NCBI GenBank assembly: GCA_963720565.1
Contig: CAVRFW010000008.1
Coordinates: 32,001 to 96,000 of the forward strand
Length of the DNA: 64,000 nucleotides
Origin: Candidatus Bathyarchaeota archaeon
GTDB lineage: Archaea > Thermoproteota > Bathyarchaeia > Bathyarchaeales > Bathycorpusculaceae
Direction of reading: 5' to 3'
Shown here: piece after piece, positions 61,727-64,000 of the stretch
Numbering within the stretch: position 1 is the stretch's first letter
How the letters are laid out: every line of letters starts with the position of its first letter
Notes under the pieces: generated by a model
The model's input: the letters and a program-made list of their open reading frames with translations, nothing else
Told to the model about the DNA's origin: nothing
Databases searched by the model: none
Made by a program: the position numbers and the translations under genes

Positions 61727-61933
61727 ATGCCCTATTGCCCGGAATGCGGCGGAGAAATGCATTACGTCATTGGCACCAAACAGAATGTCTGCAAAAGCTG
61801 TGGCTTGTCTGTAACACAGCAGGAACTATGGGAGCTTAGAGAAAAACTAAGGCCCAAAACGGAAACTGCTGAAGAAGAGAAAGATAAGCAGAGAAAAGAG
61901 TACCTGAAATGGTGGCTTAGCAAGAAGAAATAG
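61727..61933 (+). CDS. Small zinc-ribbon protein
   Basis: CPECGG...CKSCG, charged helix, YLKWWL. Confidence 0.8.
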   Translation: MPYCPECGGEMHYVIGTKQNVCKSCGLSVTQQELWELREKLRPKTETAEEEKDKQRKEYLKWWLSKKK

Positions 61934-62030
61934 CCGCGAAGTTAAATCCTTTCGTGTCAAATTGTTAGTAAACAGTATAGAAAAAAATAATGCGTGTTTC
62001 TCTAATTTGTGATATGGAGAGAGTGTTGCT

Positions 62031-62834
62031 GTGACGGCGGATATGGAGATAGTTTGCATTGGAAACGAGCTCTTGATAGGTAAAGTTCTGAATACAAATG
62101 CACAATGGTTGTCTAGCCAAGCTACTCTGGCGGGTATTAGCGTTAGGCGGGTTACGGTGGTGCGGGATGAGATCAAGGAAATCGTAGCTGCGATTAGGGA
62201 AGCCTTGAGGCGAAAACCCCGTTTTGTCATAACCACTGGTGGATTGGGTCCGACTTTTGATGATATGACGATGGAAGGAATAGCGAAAGCGTTGAACCGA
62301 AAACTTGTGGTTAACAAGAAAGCGCTCAAAATGGTTAAGGAGAAATATGAGGCATTTGCAGTTGAGAATCGTTCAGAATTTGAATTGACGCAGCCACGGG
62401 TTAAGATGGCGACGTTGCCCCGAAATACCAAACCAATTTTTAACCCTATTGGAACCGCGCCAGGAGTTCGTGTTGAAATTGGGAATACACTTCTGATAGC
62501 TTTGCCGGGTGTGCCTAAGGAGATGGAGGCCATTTTCAAAGAGTCTGTGTTGCCCATGCTTAGACAGGTTTCAGGTGATTTAGCGTTCCACCAAAGAAGC
62601 ATGTACGCGAATAACATCATGGAGTCGAGTCTGGCACCATTAATAGATGCTGTGATGCATGATAACCCCGGTGTGTATGTAAAATCCCACCCGAGAGGAA
62701 GGGAAAACCAACCCAATATTGAAATTCACTTGTCCACCACGGCTGGAGAAGCTGAAAAACCCGTAGAGACGCTTCAGAAGACAATGATACAGCTCTCAAA
62801 GGCCATAGAAGAGGCTGGCGGCAAGATCGTTTAG
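62031..62834 (+). CDS. CinA N-terminal-like molybdopterin-binding domain protein
   Basis: IGNELLIG, NTNAQWL, TGGLGPTFDDMT, GTAPG, LPGVPKEM. Confidence 0.9.
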   Translation: MTADMEIVCIGNELLIGKVLNTNAQWLSSQATLAGISVRRVTVVRDEIKEIVAAIREALRRKPRFVITTGGLGPTFDDMTMEGIAKALNRKLVVNKKALKMVKEKYEAFAVENRSEFELTQPRVKMATLPRNTKPIFNPIGTAPGVRVEIGNTLLIALPGVPKEMEAIFKESVLPMLRQVSGDLAFHQRSMYANNIMESSLAPLIDAVMHDNPGVYVKSHPRGRENQPNIEIHLSTTAGEAEKPVETLQKTMIQLSKAIEEAGGKIV

Positions 62835-62925
62835 GACCCATAACGACGCATGCGCAATATTATGAGTAATAATTGGGTCTTCACAAAGTCAATAAACACG
62901 GGTCTTTTTTAGTTGTTTGAGATAT

Positions 62926-64000
62926 ATGAAGCCACGAGTTCCAAGAGTAGTCTTAACATTACTGATAGTTTTGGCTGTTTTTTCCACGGTCTCAGTTGGC
63001 TGGGGGCAGGATCGTCAGATTTCCTATCAGCTCTTGAATGAGTTGAACGGGAATGTGGCTTACGAGTTAAACGTTGTAGTTCCCCAGAGCTTGCTCGATT
63101 ATTATGAAGATAAGAGAACCGATTTGCGTTCGAGTAGTTTCCCGGACTATGTGACTCCTTATGCTTTAGAGCCCGTAGCTGATTGTTTGTGGCAGATCTA
63201 CGAGACTGATGAGGAATTCACCAATGGTGTGCTTATGCTTGTTCATCAAATAACCTATGAGGAGACTGCGCCATCGAAGTATCCTGTTGAGACCATGGTT
63301 GATGGTAAGGGAGATTGTGATCTTTTCTCGTTTATTGCTGCTTCGATACTCGAGGCGGGAGGGATTGATGTTGTGTTGCTTCATTACGAGACTCTTTCTC
63401 ACATGAATATTGGAGTTGGCCTTTCCAGTCCTCCGGAGTATGCTAGAGACTCAGTCTTCTATGTGACGGATGATGGTGTTAGATACTATATTGCGGAGTG
63501 TACGGGTGGAAATTGGAAAGAAGGGTGGAGAGTGGGGGAATGCCCAGAAGATTGCAAGGAAGCTTCCTCTAGAATATACTCCTTGGAAGGTGCTGAGGCG
63601 GTTGCTCCTGGTCAGGTGTCTGCGAGTTTCTCTGCTCTTGATCCCAGCACGATGTCGCTTCAGATTTCATCATTCGTTGTGCTTCAGGACAGCGGAGTGA
63701 CTTTTCGGGGTCAGATTTCTCCGGGAGCAGCAGACAGAGAGGTCACGATTTATGCAAAGTTTAACCTTTCAACGTGGACAGTCATCGGATCAACAGCTAC
63801 CCAATCAGATGGAAGTTTTGAGTACTTCTGGATAGCTGAGAATGCGGGTTTATGCATGGTCCAGGCGAGTTGTTCAGGTGACGACCAATACACAGGAGCT
63901 ATCAGCTCAACCAAGAATACGGTTGTGATACCGCTTTTTGTTGGTGTCTTGATTGCCGTAGCAGTCATAGCGGGATTCATTGCTGTAATCGCTTCTCTAG
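62926..64000 (+). CDS. Secreted transglutaminase-like protein with Ig-like domain and C-terminal TM helix; runs off the window end and is absent from the ORF track
   Basis: Manual translation: MKPRVPRVVLTLLIVLAVF..., KYPVETMVDGKGDCD, HMNIGV, YYIAECTG, then VVIPLFVGVLIAVAVIAGF; no stop before base 64000. Confidence 0.85.
   Translation, partial: MKPRVPRVVLTLLIVLAVFSTVSVGWGQDRQISYQLLNELNGNVAYELNVVVPQSLLDYYEDKRTDLRSSSFPDYVTPYALEPVADCLWQIYETDEEFTNGVLMLVHQITYEETAPSKYPVETMVDGKGDCDLFSFIAASILEAGGIDVVLLHYETLSHMNIGVGLSSPPEYARDSVFYVTDDGVRYYIAECTGGNWKEGWRVGECPEDCKEASSRIYSLEGAEAVAPGQVSASFSALDPSTMSLQISSFVVLQDSGVTFRGQISPGAADREVTIYAKFNLSTWTVIGSTATQSDGSFEYFWIAENAGLCMVQASCSGDDQYTGAISSTKNTVVIPLFVGVLIAVAVIAGFIAVIASL

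Noticed and set aside
1..64000. tRNA, rRNA, transposase, integrase or defence genes
   Set aside because: None recognised by eye; a tRNAscan/Infernal/HMM run would be needed to exclude them formally

Overview
Archaeal chromosomal window. Gene content (archaeal cdhABCDE-type ACDS cluster, eS1/rps3ae, deoxyhypusine synthase, cofD/cofE, MtrH-like methyltransferase, archaeosortase, TATA-like promoters) points to an anaerobic Wood-Ljungdahl archaeon; Bathyarchaeia is an inference from gene style, not proven. I see no rRNA, tRNA, CRISPR array or mobile element. Main content: a complete CODH/acetyl-CoA synthase cluster with two CooC paralogs beside a ZIP transporter/NikR pair; corrinoid salvage genes and several radical SAM enzymes; a solitary RnfD fused to an RnfC-like Fe-S domain; a processive GT2 locus with a possibly structured intergenic region; two convergent DHS paralogs; a corrinoid/methyl-transfer neighbourhood with two paralogous Cys-rich TIM-barrel proteins of unknown function; two tandem GT-C-like membrane proteins; housekeeping genes; and an archaeosortase facing a transglutaminase-like protein with an IPGF-type C-terminal sorting signal. 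At least six single-base insertions break genes, including serS, most likely assembly errors. All product calls come from motif recognition by eye, without database searches.
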